From positions 64,001 to 128,000 of IMG/VR virus record IMGVR_UViG_3300031972_002446: 64,000 bases of DNA, one strand, 5' to 3'. The translations under genes were made by a program, and so were the position numbers. Origin of the DNA: a virus. The notes under the pieces are model-generated. The model saw nothing but the letters and a program-made list of their open reading frames with translations, ran no database searches and was not told the origin of the DNA. Each line of letters begins with the position of its first letter. Position 1 is the first letter of the stretch. Below are positions 36,441 through 47,700 of the stretch, in pieces.

Positions 36441-37421
36441 ATGGCTAAAGGTAGTGAAAAGTTTACTGGTGTTAATTCAATTAATGATTACCTCCTTATT
36501 TCCAATATAGAAAATAATCTTAAATCTTTTTTAGATTGGGGCTTTTTAAATATTGGTGGATTTATTAATGTTAGCTCAACATCTAATGAGTACCATAATG
36601 ATCCTAGTAAATTAGGTTATGTATCTGATCCTAATTATTCTGATGGTCAGGTATGGCAAACAATATATCAAGATTGGGTTTATGATAATTTAGACGATTA
36701 TGCACCAACTCTTATTACTGGGGTTAATGTTGATGGTTCGTCTGTGAATTCTAGTGACTATATTTTAGATTATGTTAATAGTAGAGTTATATTCAATACA
36801 GCTATATCTACTTCTAGTAATGTTACGATGAATTATGCGTATAGATGGGTGCAAGTTCATAAAGCTAGTAGCAATTTAGTTTGGTGGAAGCAGTTTCAAT
36901 TTGATATAGTTAATGATGCTACCCAATTTAGTCAAAATACTGGAGAATATGCTATTTTTAATCAAAATAGAATTCAAATGCCTAGCGTTATTATAGAAAC
37001 AGTGCCTAGAGGAATTTCTAAACCATATCAATTGGGCGATAAATCATTAATTGCTGATCAAGATATTATATTACATGTTATAGCCACTAATTCAGCTCAT
37101 AGAAATTCTATTATAGATATTATTAGATTACAAGAAGATAAAGTTATATGGCTTTATGATACTCAAAAATTAGCTCAAGATGGTATTTTACCTTTTAATT
37201 TTAATGGGTCTTTAAATGGTAGTAGAAAACCATATAATTTAATAGTTAACGATTGCACAGATCCCGACCCCGTAACTAATGAAGTTGTGTGTGAAGATGA
37301 ATATAGGTGGAAAACATGCCATTTGAAAGATTTTATTGTTTCTGAAGTAGAGTCTAGGTATTTTTTCGAAGAGGCCAAAATTCGTATCACTGCTGAAATA
37401 ATATTTGATACTATAGGATAA
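36441..37421 (+). CDS. tail terminator-like protein
   Basis: precedes the tail tube; QMPSVIIE..., PYQLG. Confidence 0.55.
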   Translation: MAKGSEKFTGVNSINDYLLISNIENNLKSFLDWGFLNIGGFINVSSTSNEYHNDPSKLGYVSDPNYSDGQVWQTIYQDWVYDNLDDYAPTLITGVNVDGSSVNSSDYILDYVNSRVIFNTAISTSSNVTMNYAYRWVQVHKASSNLVWWKQFQFDIVNDATQFSQNTGEYAIFNQNRIQMPSVIIETVPRGISKPYQLGDKSLIADQDIILHVIATNSAHRNSIIDIIRLQEDKVIWLYDTQKLAQDGILPFNFNGSLNGSRKPYNLIVNDCTDPDPVTNEVVCEDEYRWKTCHLKDFIVSEVESRYFFEEAKIRITAEIIFDTIG

Positions 37422-37480
37422 TTGGTGTATAATTATTCGTAGTGTTCCCAACCGTTTTAAATGCAAATGGAGAATAAACC

Positions 37481-38380
37481 ATGCCAAATAATAGAGTATT
37501 TTACGCATCTCAGGGCGTATCAATTGGTGGTACAGTTGTACAAGGCGCTCAGAGCGTCGGTATTACCACCAATTTCAACCTAGAGCAAGTTTTTCAATTA
37601 GGTCAACTAGCCTTGTATGATAATGTATCGTTAGATCCAGAAGTAGAAATTACAGTATCTAAAATTCTTGATGGAGAATCTTCCGTTTGGAAACTTGCTA
37701 CTGGTGGTGGTACTTTGATCGCTAACGCTAATGATGAAGCAGTTGTTGTAGTAGGTATCGGTAGTGATACTGGCTCTACCTTAAGTAGCACAAGCGCTAT
37801 TACTTGTAGCGGTATGTTTGTTTCTTCTGTTTCTTATACTTTCCCAGTTGATGGTAATATGACAGAAGAAGTTACTTTTGTTGGTAATGCTAAAGCTTTA
37901 ACAGGTAGTGTTGCTGCTCCTGCTACCACAGAAAAAACTGTATTAAGACGTCAAAATATTAATTTTGGCGCCGCATCCGCTGTTTTACCTACAGAAGTAG
38001 ATGGTAAAAATATCACAAGTATTAGTATTAGTGCTGATCTTGGTCGTGAAAGTATGTATAAACTTGGTTCTTTGAAACCATTCCATCGTTTCGTTAATTT
38101 CCCACTTGAAGTTACTTGTGAGTTCGAAGTTAGCGCTACAGATCTTGATGGTGTTGAAGTCGATGTACCAGATACAGCTTGTAGCGGTTTGGCTAGTAAT
38201 GACCGTGAAATTGTTGTTGTAGTTTGTGGCACAGATGGTAACGACGCATACACGTTTGATCTCGGTGATAAATGTAAGTTAACAAGTGTTAATTATAGTG
38301 GTGGAGATACTGGTGGTGGTAATGCAACCATTACTTACTCTTTTAGTACTTATAATGAACTTGAAATTACAGACGCTTAA
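37481..38380 (+). CDS. major tail tube protein (copy 1)
   Basis: NRVFYA, GAQSVGITT.F.LEQVFQLGQL, YSGGDTGGGNATITY; late motif and GGAG RBS. Confidence 0.75.
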   Translation: MPNNRVFYASQGVSIGGTVVQGAQSVGITTNFNLEQVFQLGQLALYDNVSLDPEVEITVSKILDGESSVWKLATGGGTLIANANDEAVVVVGIGSDTGSTLSSTSAITCSGMFVSSVSYTFPVDGNMTEEVTFVGNAKALTGSVAAPATTEKTVLRRQNINFGAASAVLPTEVDGKNITSISISADLGRESMYKLGSLKPFHRFVNFPLEVTCEFEVSATDLDGVEVDVPDTACSGLASNDREIVVVVCGTDGNDAYTFDLGDKCKLTSVNYSGGDTGGGNATITYSFSTYNELEITDA

Positions 38381-38410
38381 TCATTAAGTAAGCAGTGTAG
38401 GGAATACTAT

Positions 38411-38438
38411 GCTGGGGGTAATATTGCCCCCAGCTTTT
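38411..38438 (+). terminator. hairpin terminator/attenuator between the tube paralogs
   Basis: GCTGGGGGTAA-TA-TTGCCCCCAGC followed by TTTT. Confidence 0.7.
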
Positions 38439-38457
38439 AATTCAATGGAGAATAAAA

Positions 38458-39306
38458 ATGGCGAATAGAATTTTTTATGCTTGTCACGCCTTGGCTGTTG
38501 ATGGAAGTTTTGTCGCCGGTGCTCAAAGCGCTGCTATCACTACATCTTTTGACCTTGAGCCAGTATTTCAATTAGGTCAATTAGAAGCTGTAGATGTTTT
38601 AAATCTATCTCCTAATGTTGAAGTTACAGTAACTAGGGCTCTGACCGATAGTAGCGGTACTATTTTTAGTGGTAGTTTTATTGATAATGTTGGAGATAAT
38701 AATAAAACAGTTTGCTTAGGTATTGGAGATGATCAGGAGGAGCTATTAACCTCAACATCTTCTATTCATTGTACAGGTATGGGTATTAGTGGTGTTACAT
38801 ATAACTTTCCTGTAGATGGAATATTTACAGAAGAAGTTAGTTTTTCAGGAACTAGCAAGACTGTTGGTGGTTGTAGTGTGAGCGCTTCAGAAGACACAAC
38901 CTCTAAAGCTTTAGTCAGATATAGTTATCAAAGCGGTGTTCCTGCTACAGTTACAAACGCTGGTAATTTAACCAATATTAGTATTAGCGCTTCGATTAGT
39001 AGAGAAAATTTATTTAGATTAGGTGAATATAAAGCTTATCATAATTTTGCAAGTTTGCCTTCTGAAATTACAGTTGATTTTGAAGTTAGTGCTACCAGTG
39101 TAGATGGTATCGCAATAGCTGCTGCTGCTGGCTGTAATGGCCCTACAGACAATAAAGAAGATATTACTATTGCTTTGTGTGGATATAGTTTTGCGATTGA
39201 AAATGCTCGTTTAAGTAATGTTGCGTATGGAGGTGGAGATACTGGCGGTGGGAACGCTACTATCACATTCACGTACACATCATATAACAGCTTGACGGTT
39301 ACGTAA
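38458..39306 (+). CDS. tail tube protein (copy 2, paralog)
   Basis: collinear with copy 1 (NRIFYA, GAQS, LE.VFQLGQL, Y.FPVDG..TEEV.F, GGDTGGGNATIT). Confidence 0.75.
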   Translation: MANRIFYACHALAVDGSFVAGAQSAAITTSFDLEPVFQLGQLEAVDVLNLSPNVEVTVTRALTDSSGTIFSGSFIDNVGDNNKTVCLGIGDDQEELLTSTSSIHCTGMGISGVTYNFPVDGIFTEEVSFSGTSKTVGGCSVSASEDTTSKALVRYSYQSGVPATVTNAGNLTNISISASISRENLFRLGEYKAYHNFASLPSEITVDFEVSATSVDGIAIAAAAGCNGPTDNKEDITIALCGYSFAIENARLSNVAYGGGDTGGGNATITFTYTSYNSLTVT

Positions 39307-39341
39307 TTTAAATTTTAATAAATTAAATTAAAAGTCAAAAA

Positions 39342-40391
39342 ATGGACATAGAAGGAAATATATACAGGATTATTACAGGACACTACTATATATCTGTTGA
39401 TAATACAGATTATAGAGTTGTTTCACCCAATATTCAAATCAAACAAAAAGCTCATTATATATATAATAATATACTTAATAGTAATAAATTTGATACTAAA
39501 TACTGGCTTAAGAAAAAACAAGCTGATAGAATATTAGAGACTAATGGCATTTGGAATTCAACCAAAGAAGAAAGCCTAAAAGTTTTAAACAACAGGCTAG
39601 ACGATATGAAAATTGAGTTGTATCTAAAATACGACGATCCTACTATGAGGAAAAAAATTAAAGCTAGCTTATCTACTGGTAGAATAAAGATTAGTGAGTT
39701 AGAAACAAAAAAAACATCGATGGACACCTTAACTTTAGAATACTATGCTAATTCAGCAAAAAATGAATATATAGTTTTGAATACGGTGTATAAAGATGAA
39801 GAGTTGGTTTTTAAAGGTAAAGATGATACTAGTATTAATACAGAGTTTTTGGATAGTATTATCACAGAAGTAAATAGGAACGGTTTAAGTATGGAAGATT
39901 TAAGGATTGTAGCTAGAAGTGATCTTTGGAAATCTTACTGGGATGCTGCCAAAGGTAATATATTTGCACCACCCGCATACGCATGGAATGATGAGCAAAG
40001 ATTATTGGTGAACCTTAGTAAAATGTATGATTCGGTTCATGAACATCCTGAAGCTCCAGATGATAATGTTATTGCTGACGACGATGCTTTAGATGGATGG
40101 ATGTTGGCCACAAGAAGAAAAGCTGAAAAAGAACGTAAGAAAACTAAATTAATGGATTCCATAGGTGGTAAATATAAAAATGCAGGAGAAATATTTATTG
40201 TTACTCAATCGCAAGAAGAAGCCAAAGGTATTTACGGTCTGAATGACGCAGAAGGAATGGCTGAAATTAATCATTTGAAAACTATAGCTAAAACCAGTCA
40301 AGAACCAGTTCAATGGCAAGATATGCCACATGTTCGTACTAAGCTAGAAAGTCAATTAAAACAAAGAAACGCTATGAAAAAAGGTGAATAA
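39342..40391 (+). CDS. tail assembly chaperone-like protein
   Basis: between tube and TMP; YD.V.EHPE.P...I.DDDALDGW. Confidence 0.5.
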   Translation: MDIEGNIYRIITGHYYISVDNTDYRVVSPNIQIKQKAHYIYNNILNSNKFDTKYWLKKKQADRILETNGIWNSTKEESLKVLNNRLDDMKIELYLKYDDPTMRKKIKASLSTGRIKISELETKKTSMDTLTLEYYANSAKNEYIVLNTVYKDEELVFKGKDDTSINTEFLDSIITEVNRNGLSMEDLRIVARSDLWKSYWDAAKGNIFAPPAYAWNDEQRLLVNLSKMYDSVHEHPEAPDDNVIADDDALDGWMLATRRKAEKERKKTKLMDSIGGKYKNAGEIFIVTQSQEEAKGIYGLNDAEGMAEINHLKTIAKTSQEPVQWQDMPHVRTKLESQLKQRNAMKKGE

Positions 40392-40393
40392 CA

Positions 40394-40693
40394 ATGCAGA
40401 GAAAAATACATAGTAGAAGACTAATTATAGAACAATTAGAAAAAAGATTTAAGACAATCATGATAGGTTCTTTAGCTAGATTTGAAAAAGAATTTGGATA
40501 TTTATGGAATAATGATGAAGATCCTAATACTGATCAAGAAGTTTTTTTTAGAGATAAATGGGAGGATTTGAGACACGAATTATTGGATCACGGAAACGAC
40601 CAAATGAGAAATGGAGTACAGGATTTGAATGATTATTTGAATCATGTAGAAAAGTATAATTTACAAATTTATTATAACAGAGGAGAAGAATAA
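40394..40693 (+). CDS. hypothetical tail-module protein
   Basis: ORF coupled within the operon. Confidence 0.6.
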   Translation: MQRKIHSRRLIIEQLEKRFKTIMIGSLARFEKEFGYLWNNDEDPNTDQEVFFRDKWEDLRHELLDHGNDQMRNGVQDLNDYLNHVEKYNLQIYYNRGEE

Positions 40694-41619
40694 TGGCTGA
40701 GACTTTTAAAATGACAGTAAATGGTAAAAATCAGGAATTTTTGGTACAGTCTCCAAATTTAGCTCAACAAAGAGAAGGTCAGAAAGTTTACAATCAGGCA
40801 TTTTCTGATGCTGTAAAGTCTGGGTCTATAGTTCGTGCTAAATTAGATGATTTGCTTAAAGATCAAGGATTATGGGATGATGAAAAGCAAGCTCGTTTTT
40901 TAGCTATTCAAGAAGAGTTAAACAATAACGAAAAAAGCCTAGCTACTGGAGGTATTTCTCTTGAGAACGCTAAAGCCCAGGCTTTAAAAATGAGAGATCT
41001 TAGAGAAGAGCTTAAAGAGTTAATTTCTGTTAGAACCAATTTAGATACACACACAGCAGAAGGCCAAGCTGATAATGCTAGATTCAACTACTTAGTTTCA
41101 TCTTGTGTGGTGTATAATAATACCAAGAAAGTTTATTTTCGTAATTATGAAGATTACCTGAATAAATCTTCTGATCCGGTTGCGGTGATTGGTGCTCAAA
41201 AATTAGCAGCTATGCTTTATGGCTTAGACTCTGAATTTGAGAAAAAATTACCAGAAAATAAGTTTTTGTTAGAATATAAGTTTGTTAATGATGATTTAAG
41301 ATTCATTAATAAAGATGGTAAGTATGTTGATCAAGACGGTAGGTTAGTAGATGAAATTGGTAGGTATATCGACGAGGAAGGTAAATATGTAGATAAGGAT
41401 GGAAATCTGGTTGATGAGTCGGGAGAATATTTAGTAGATTTTGTTCCTTTTACTGATGATGATGGTAAACCTGTAGTTTTGGAAAAGGGTAAAGATGAAA
41501 AACAATCAGAATCACAACAGGATAAACCTAAGGAAGAATCTACAACTGAACCTGAAGTCACACCTCAGAACACCTCTACCAATCAAGAGGTTCCTACCGA
41601 GGAAACTAACACAGAATAA
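40693..41619 (+). CDS. tail assembly chaperone-like protein with 7-aa DxxG repeats
   Basis: directly upstream of the TMP; GGAG RBS; coiled coil, repeats and acidic tail. Confidence 0.55.
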   Translation: MAETFKMTVNGKNQEFLVQSPNLAQQREGQKVYNQAFSDAVKSGSIVRAKLDDLLKDQGLWDDEKQARFLAIQEELNNNEKSLATGGISLENAKAQALKMRDLREELKELISVRTNLDTHTAEGQADNARFNYLVSSCVVYNNTKKVYFRNYEDYLNKSSDPVAVIGAQKLAAMLYGLDSEFEKKLPENKFLLEYKFVNDDLRFINKDGKYVDQDGRLVDEIGRYIDEEGKYVDKDGNLVDESGEYLVDFVPFTDDDGKPVVLEKGKDEKQSESQQDKPKEESTTEPEVTPQNTSTNQEVPTEETNTE

Positions 41620-41717
41620 ACTTTTTGATTATTTGTATATTATACTCCTTTCTTTGCAGCCCTCTGGAAACAGAGGGTATGCTTATATATAAACGACACA
41701 CAAAGGTATAAATAATT

Positions 41718-44700
41718 ATGGCAGCAGCTTTTAATTTAACGGCACAAATTAATTTAAGAGGACCTAGTAATACTAAGGTTATTGCTTCTCAAATTAGAAA
41801 GCAATTATCTAATATTAAAGTAAAAGTTAATCTTGATTTAAAAGGATCAGCAGCTAAAAATGTTACTAAGGTTAACAAGCAGTTACAGTTGTTACAGCAA
41901 AATGCTGCTAAAGCTAATGCTAGTGTTGCTAGTTTAAGTGCTACAGTATCTCAGTTAGGGGCCGGTTTAAATAATTTAGGTGGCTCTGGAGGCGTTCAGT
42001 CTCTTAACAAAGTGCAAAAACAAGTGCAAAGTACTGGGAGTGCTATTAGCTCAGCTACTACCCAAGTTCAAGAATTTGGAAAACAATCAGGCTTAGCTAT
42101 TCGTAGATTCGCTGCTTTTAGTGCTGTTACTGGTGTTGTTTATAGTTTAACTAACGCTATTAATAGTGCTTTCAAAGAATTTGTAGCTTTTGATAAACAA
42201 ATTGTTCGATTAAGTCAGGTAACAGGAACGACTGTTAGTGGCCTTTCTGGTATTACAAAAGAAATCTCTAATCTATCTAGCAATTTAGGTGTTGCGTCTT
42301 CTGATTTAGCTCAAGTATCTGTTACACTTTCTCAAGCTGGTTTAAGCGCTCAAGAAACTAAAATAGCATTAGAAGCCTTAGCCAAATCTGCATTAGCTCC
42401 TTCTTTTGATAATCTTAATAATACTGTTGAAGGTAGTATTGCTTTAATGCGTCAGTTTAGTATTAGTTCTGGGGAGTTAGAAGCTGCTCTTGGTAGTGTG
42501 AATGCTGTAGCTGCTAGTTTTGCTGTTGAAGCTGGCGATATCATTGCTGCTATTCAGCGTACTGGTGGTGTGTTTGCTTCTTCTAGTAGGGGTATTAGTG
42601 AAGGTACGGCTGCTCTTAATGAATTTGTAGCTTTGTTTACTAGTGTTAGAGCGACTACTCGTGAAAGTGCAGAAACTATTGCTACTGGTTTAAGAACTAT
42701 CTTTACTAGAATACAAAGAGGTTCTACTATAGAGTCTTTGAAAGAGTTTGGTATTACGCTTACAGACTTACAAGGGAAATTTGTTGGACCCTTTGAAGCT
42801 GTTAAACGATTAAGCGAAGGTCTTAAAGGTTTAGATCCAAGAGATTTGCGTTTTGGTCAAATTGTCGAAGAGCTTGGTGGTTTCCGTCAAATTGGTAAAG
42901 TTATTCCTTTAATTCAACAGTTCGCCACTGCTCAAAAAGCTTTAGGGGTAGCTCAATCTGGGCAAGGCAGTTTATCTAAAGCGGCTATACAAGCTCAAGC
43001 ATCTTTAGCAGTTCAATTTGAAAAAACCAGACAGTCTTTTGTTTCTTTAGTTAGAGATATAGGTAATAGCACAACTTTCAGAGGCATTGCTAAAGTTGCT
43101 TTAACAACAGCAAATGCATTTATAACATTGGCTTCAGCATTAAAACCTTTATTGCCTATGATAACGGCCTTAGCTGCTTTTAAGGGAGTTTCGGCATTAA
43201 GTGAATTTGGTGGTGGTTTTCTTGGTGGGTTTGGAGGTAAAGGCGGAGGCGGAGGAGGCGGAGGTGGTCCATCAGGCCCAATGGGTCCAATAGGTCCTTC
43301 TTCTGGCGGTAGTGTTAGTGGTAGAGGTAGTGGTCGTAGGAATAAAGGCTCGGCTTCTAACAACAAAGCTTTAGCTAAAAATTCAGCAGCTTTAAACGCT
43401 AATACAACAGCACTAGGCTCTGTAAATACTAGTATGGCTAGCTTACTTCAGTCTATTGATGCTTTGTCTGAAGCTATTAATAATAAACAATCTGGAGTTA
43501 ATACTCAAGGCTTTGCTAGTGGTGGTTTGGTTCCTGGAAGTGGTAATAGAGACACTGTATCTGCTATGCTAACTCCTGGTGAATATGTTATTCGTAAAAA
43601 AGCTGTTGAAAAAATAGGCGCAGATAATCTTAAAAAACTTAATCGTGGAGGTAGAGTACAAAGATTTACCGGTGGTGGTGGAGCTGAAGCTTTGACTGTA
43701 GACGATATTAAAATATTTGAATCTGGTCAAAACGCAGGAGGAATTCCTAAGGGACAATTAAAAAACATGCCGAGTAGCCTAGCACAATCTGTAATAGATC
43801 GTTATAAAGGTAAAGGTAAACTTAATCAAGAAACATTTAAAGCCTTAAAAGAAAAAGTAGCATTAAAAGCAGCACAAGATAAAGCAGTACCTTATGCACT
43901 AGTTGGCCTGAGAGGAACTGCTAAAGAAGTGTTTGCAGAAGCTGATGACGGAACTATGGTAAAGCTTATTGGCAGAACTTTAGGCGAGACTGATGATAAT
44001 AAACCTTATGAAGATACTATGTTTAAGGATTTCAAAGACACGGTAGCTAAAGTGGCTAATCAGATGGCTACAAAAGTACAAGCTCAGCCAGTATCGCCAG
44101 GCGATCTGAATAAAGATGCTATGGAAAAAGCAGGTTTCTTTAATGCTGTAGGAGCTTATCTCGAAGCGGCTGTAGCAAGTATTGGTGCTCCTTACGATAA
44201 AGATCAGTCTAATGATCCACTAGATTTTGCGCAAGGTTTGGGTTCTGCTTCTGGTTTATTTGGCTTACCATCGGACATGCCTGCTGATACCACAAGAACA
44301 GTTTTTAGTAGTGGTAAAAGTCCTGCAGATTTTCTGAAACAAGTGAATAATTATAGAGCAAAATTAGCTGGAGGAGGCTCTGTTAGCGACACGGTTCCTG
44401 CATTATTAACTCCTGGTGAGTATGTAATCAATGAAAAGTCTGCAAAAAAATTAGGATCTCAAAAATTAGATCAACTTAATAGAGCAGATAGGATTCAAGG
44501 TTATGCTAGTGGCGGCCCTGTTGGTTTTGTTCAACGTTTAGCTAGTGGTGGTAGTCCTAGAGCAGATAAAATGGAATATCTGGAAAGAGTAGCTAAAAAA
44601 CTTGGAATGACTGTTTCACAATACGAAAAAAGTATTAGAAGTAGAATTCTTCAAGGAGCAGAAACTAGAGCTACCGAGAAAACAGGTATGCAAGGAGATC

Positions 44701-47700
44701 TAAAGGATGTTATTGTTAAAAATATACAATCTATTGGAGATGCAGATGTAGAGGGTATGGTTAGAACAGAAGTATCTGATCTAGTTAAGAAAATTTATAC
44801 GGGATATGATGAGATTGATCCAGATTTGTTGAATCAGGGTATAGATGAACTTGTTCAAGGTATGAAGGCAGGACTATCTCTTGATGAAATTAAAAATATG
44901 TCTGATGGGTTTAAAGAAATTTTAGACGCACAAATTACTGCTGGTGATGAACTATCTGGTGTTACAGAAGAGATGGCTAAGAAATTAGGATTTTTGACAT
45001 CTAGAATGAAAGTTCGAGATATTGATATGAAAGCTTCAGGTTCTCAAAAAGCCGGGAAGTTTGGAGCTTTAGATGACGATCTTAGAAAAGCACAAAAGAG
45101 TATCGAGTCTGGTGTCGGTTCTATATTAGATGGTTTTTCAGAAGCTGTTTCTTTACAAAATCTTCCAGGTATGAAGAAATTATCTAGTGCTTATCCAGAA
45201 TTGACTAAAAAGATTACGACAGCCGGTGATAAATTAGGTGGTACTTTTGGCTTAATAGGTACTGGGGCAACACTACTAAGCTCTAAAATGCCAGAGCTGG
45301 GTCATGCTTTTGATGAATTAGCTGGTACGGTTAGTGACCAAAGCGCAGCATTCGCAGGCTTCACTGGAGCTTTACAAAAAGGCGGCTCTTTAGGTATGAG
45401 CGCAGGAATAGTTGGAGGTCAAGCTTTTGGTAGAAGAGGTGCTGCTGTAGGAGGTGCTGCTGGCTTAGCTGCTGGAGCTGTCACAGGTTTTATTGACGCT
45501 TCTATTGTAAAAGAGACAGAATTAGCCTTTAAAGGTATCGCAGCAGCTTCGGCAGAGCTGGACAAAACTTTTAATAGGTTGGATACTGCTGTAACTGTTG
45601 AAGAAAGAGCAGCATTACAAGAGCAGGCGGCAGAAGATTATAATAAACTTAATGCTGCTATACAAAGAGCAACTGATACAATTGATGGTAATAGATTGTG
45701 GAAATCTTTTAGTGCTGGTATTAGTGGTATGACAACAGCTATGATTAGTTTAATTGGTGTCATTAATGCTGTTAAATTAGCACAAGTAGCCTCTGCTCTT
45801 CTACCAGGTAAAGTTTCCGGTGGCATTGTTAAAGGTTATGCTTCTGGTGGTTTTGCTAAAGGTGGTCAGTCTAGTGGTATGGGGGTTCCTGTTAGGTTAG
45901 CTTCTGGAGAAGCTGTATTTACGCCTCCTTTACCTGGCACTCTTTCTGAAATGAAACAATTGAATCAGATTGATCGTGGTGGTTCTTCAAGTTTAAGCCG
46001 AAAAGGTCAGACAGGTGGTTCTTTTATTGTTCCGGGTAATAGTAGTGGTAAGGTAGATAATCAAAGCGCTATTTTACCAGAAAACAGTTTTGTTTTAAGA
46101 AGAGATGCTACAGATACTCTTAAAGCTATGAGAGGAGGTCCGATATCTGCTGCTACAGGTGGATTAATAGGTAGTGGTAGTGTTGGTTTCGGTGGTAGCG
46201 GAGGTATTCGTGGTTATTCTGTTGGTGGAAATATACAAGGTTATTTTGGCGGAGGTAGAGTTGCTTCTGCTCTATTAGCAAAACTAGTGGCTAATCTGGG
46301 TCGTTTAGGTCCAGCAATAACTGCTGGATTTGGTAGAATGTCACCAGCACTCAAAGCAATAACAGGCCAACTCGCTACAATGGTAGGTATTAGTGCTTTG
46401 GCAGGACTTTTTTCAGGCTTTTTTAGCTTTTTTATGGGTTCGGCTGAACGAGACAGGGCTATTCTACAACAACAATTGCAACAATTAGAGAATTTAAATA
46501 CATTGGTTGGTAATCAGCAGTCTATGGATGTAAGAAATGAAGCTTTCGCTGATAGACTAATACCTGCTGTAGATGCAATCGAAAATTCTGGTTTGTCTAT
46601 GGATCAGAAAGAAATGCAATTTGGTAGATTTAGAACTCCTGGTGGTAGAATGAATGATGCTAATCTTTTAGGAGAGATGACAGCTCGTCAAGCTATCGGA
46701 GCAGATGCAGACCTAGAAGCTGTAGGACAGAATCAGTCTGTACAAGAATATTTAGATAGTCTAGATCCTACACAAAGACAAAAAGCTAACGCAGCTATTG
46801 ATAAAGCTCAAGGAGAGTTATTAAGAAGTACTTTTATAGAAAAAAGAAAAAGAGAAGGAATGGATGAAGTTGAGGCTTCGAGAGCTTATGATTCTGATCC
46901 TCAGGCTGCCAAAGCAGAGGCTCAAGAAGCTCTTGGAGAAAAGTCTAGGGCTGAGGGATTAGCTAAACGTATGCAAATTATCAATAGGTCTATTAATAAA
47001 TTTACTCTTAATTTAGTAGATGTAATGAATCGATTAGGCAGCGTTATGAATCGAACAATCGGAGATTTAAATGCTAATATAGATAAAATGAGTCAGGTTT
47101 CTGATATTTACAGCGGAGGTCAAGCGGGTTCGCTAAATCCTAACGAAGATAATGTAAGAATTTTATCTAATATTACTGCTGCTAGTAATGCAGAATTAGC
47201 GCAAGCTGTTGGTCAAATTAATAAAGATCTTGGAGATACTAAAGAAACCCAAACGATGGCAGGTCTTATCAAGGGTATTCAAGTCTTGCAAAAAGAGCTG
47301 CCTTTAATTCTTAGACAAACAGGAACTGGTGGAGATTTAGACGCTGGTTCAGAAACTAGTATTCGTGGTAGATTAGACACTATGTTTCAAGGTTTAGATA
47401 TTGGTGAAAATTTAAAAAGAGATCTTAAGAGTAATGTTATTAATTTTATTAATGATAAAACAGGTTCGAGACAAGGAGACTCTTTTGAAGATTTAGCAAA
47501 CTATATAGATGGACTGAAGGAATTAGATGAGGCTGCTGAGCAAGCCAGAGCAACTTTTGAAAAGTATGCTAAAGAACAAGCTGATTTTAATAGAAAACTT
47601 GGAGGCTTATCTAATCAACTAAGCGCTCAACTATCTAAACTTGCAGATAACGCTATTAGAGTTAAAGATATTCAATTAAATAGTGCTTTACAATTATCAG

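Noticed and set aside
39342-41619. Programmed G/GT tail-chaperone frameshift
   Set aside because: The three ORFs have separate starts, and I found no convincing slippery site joining them
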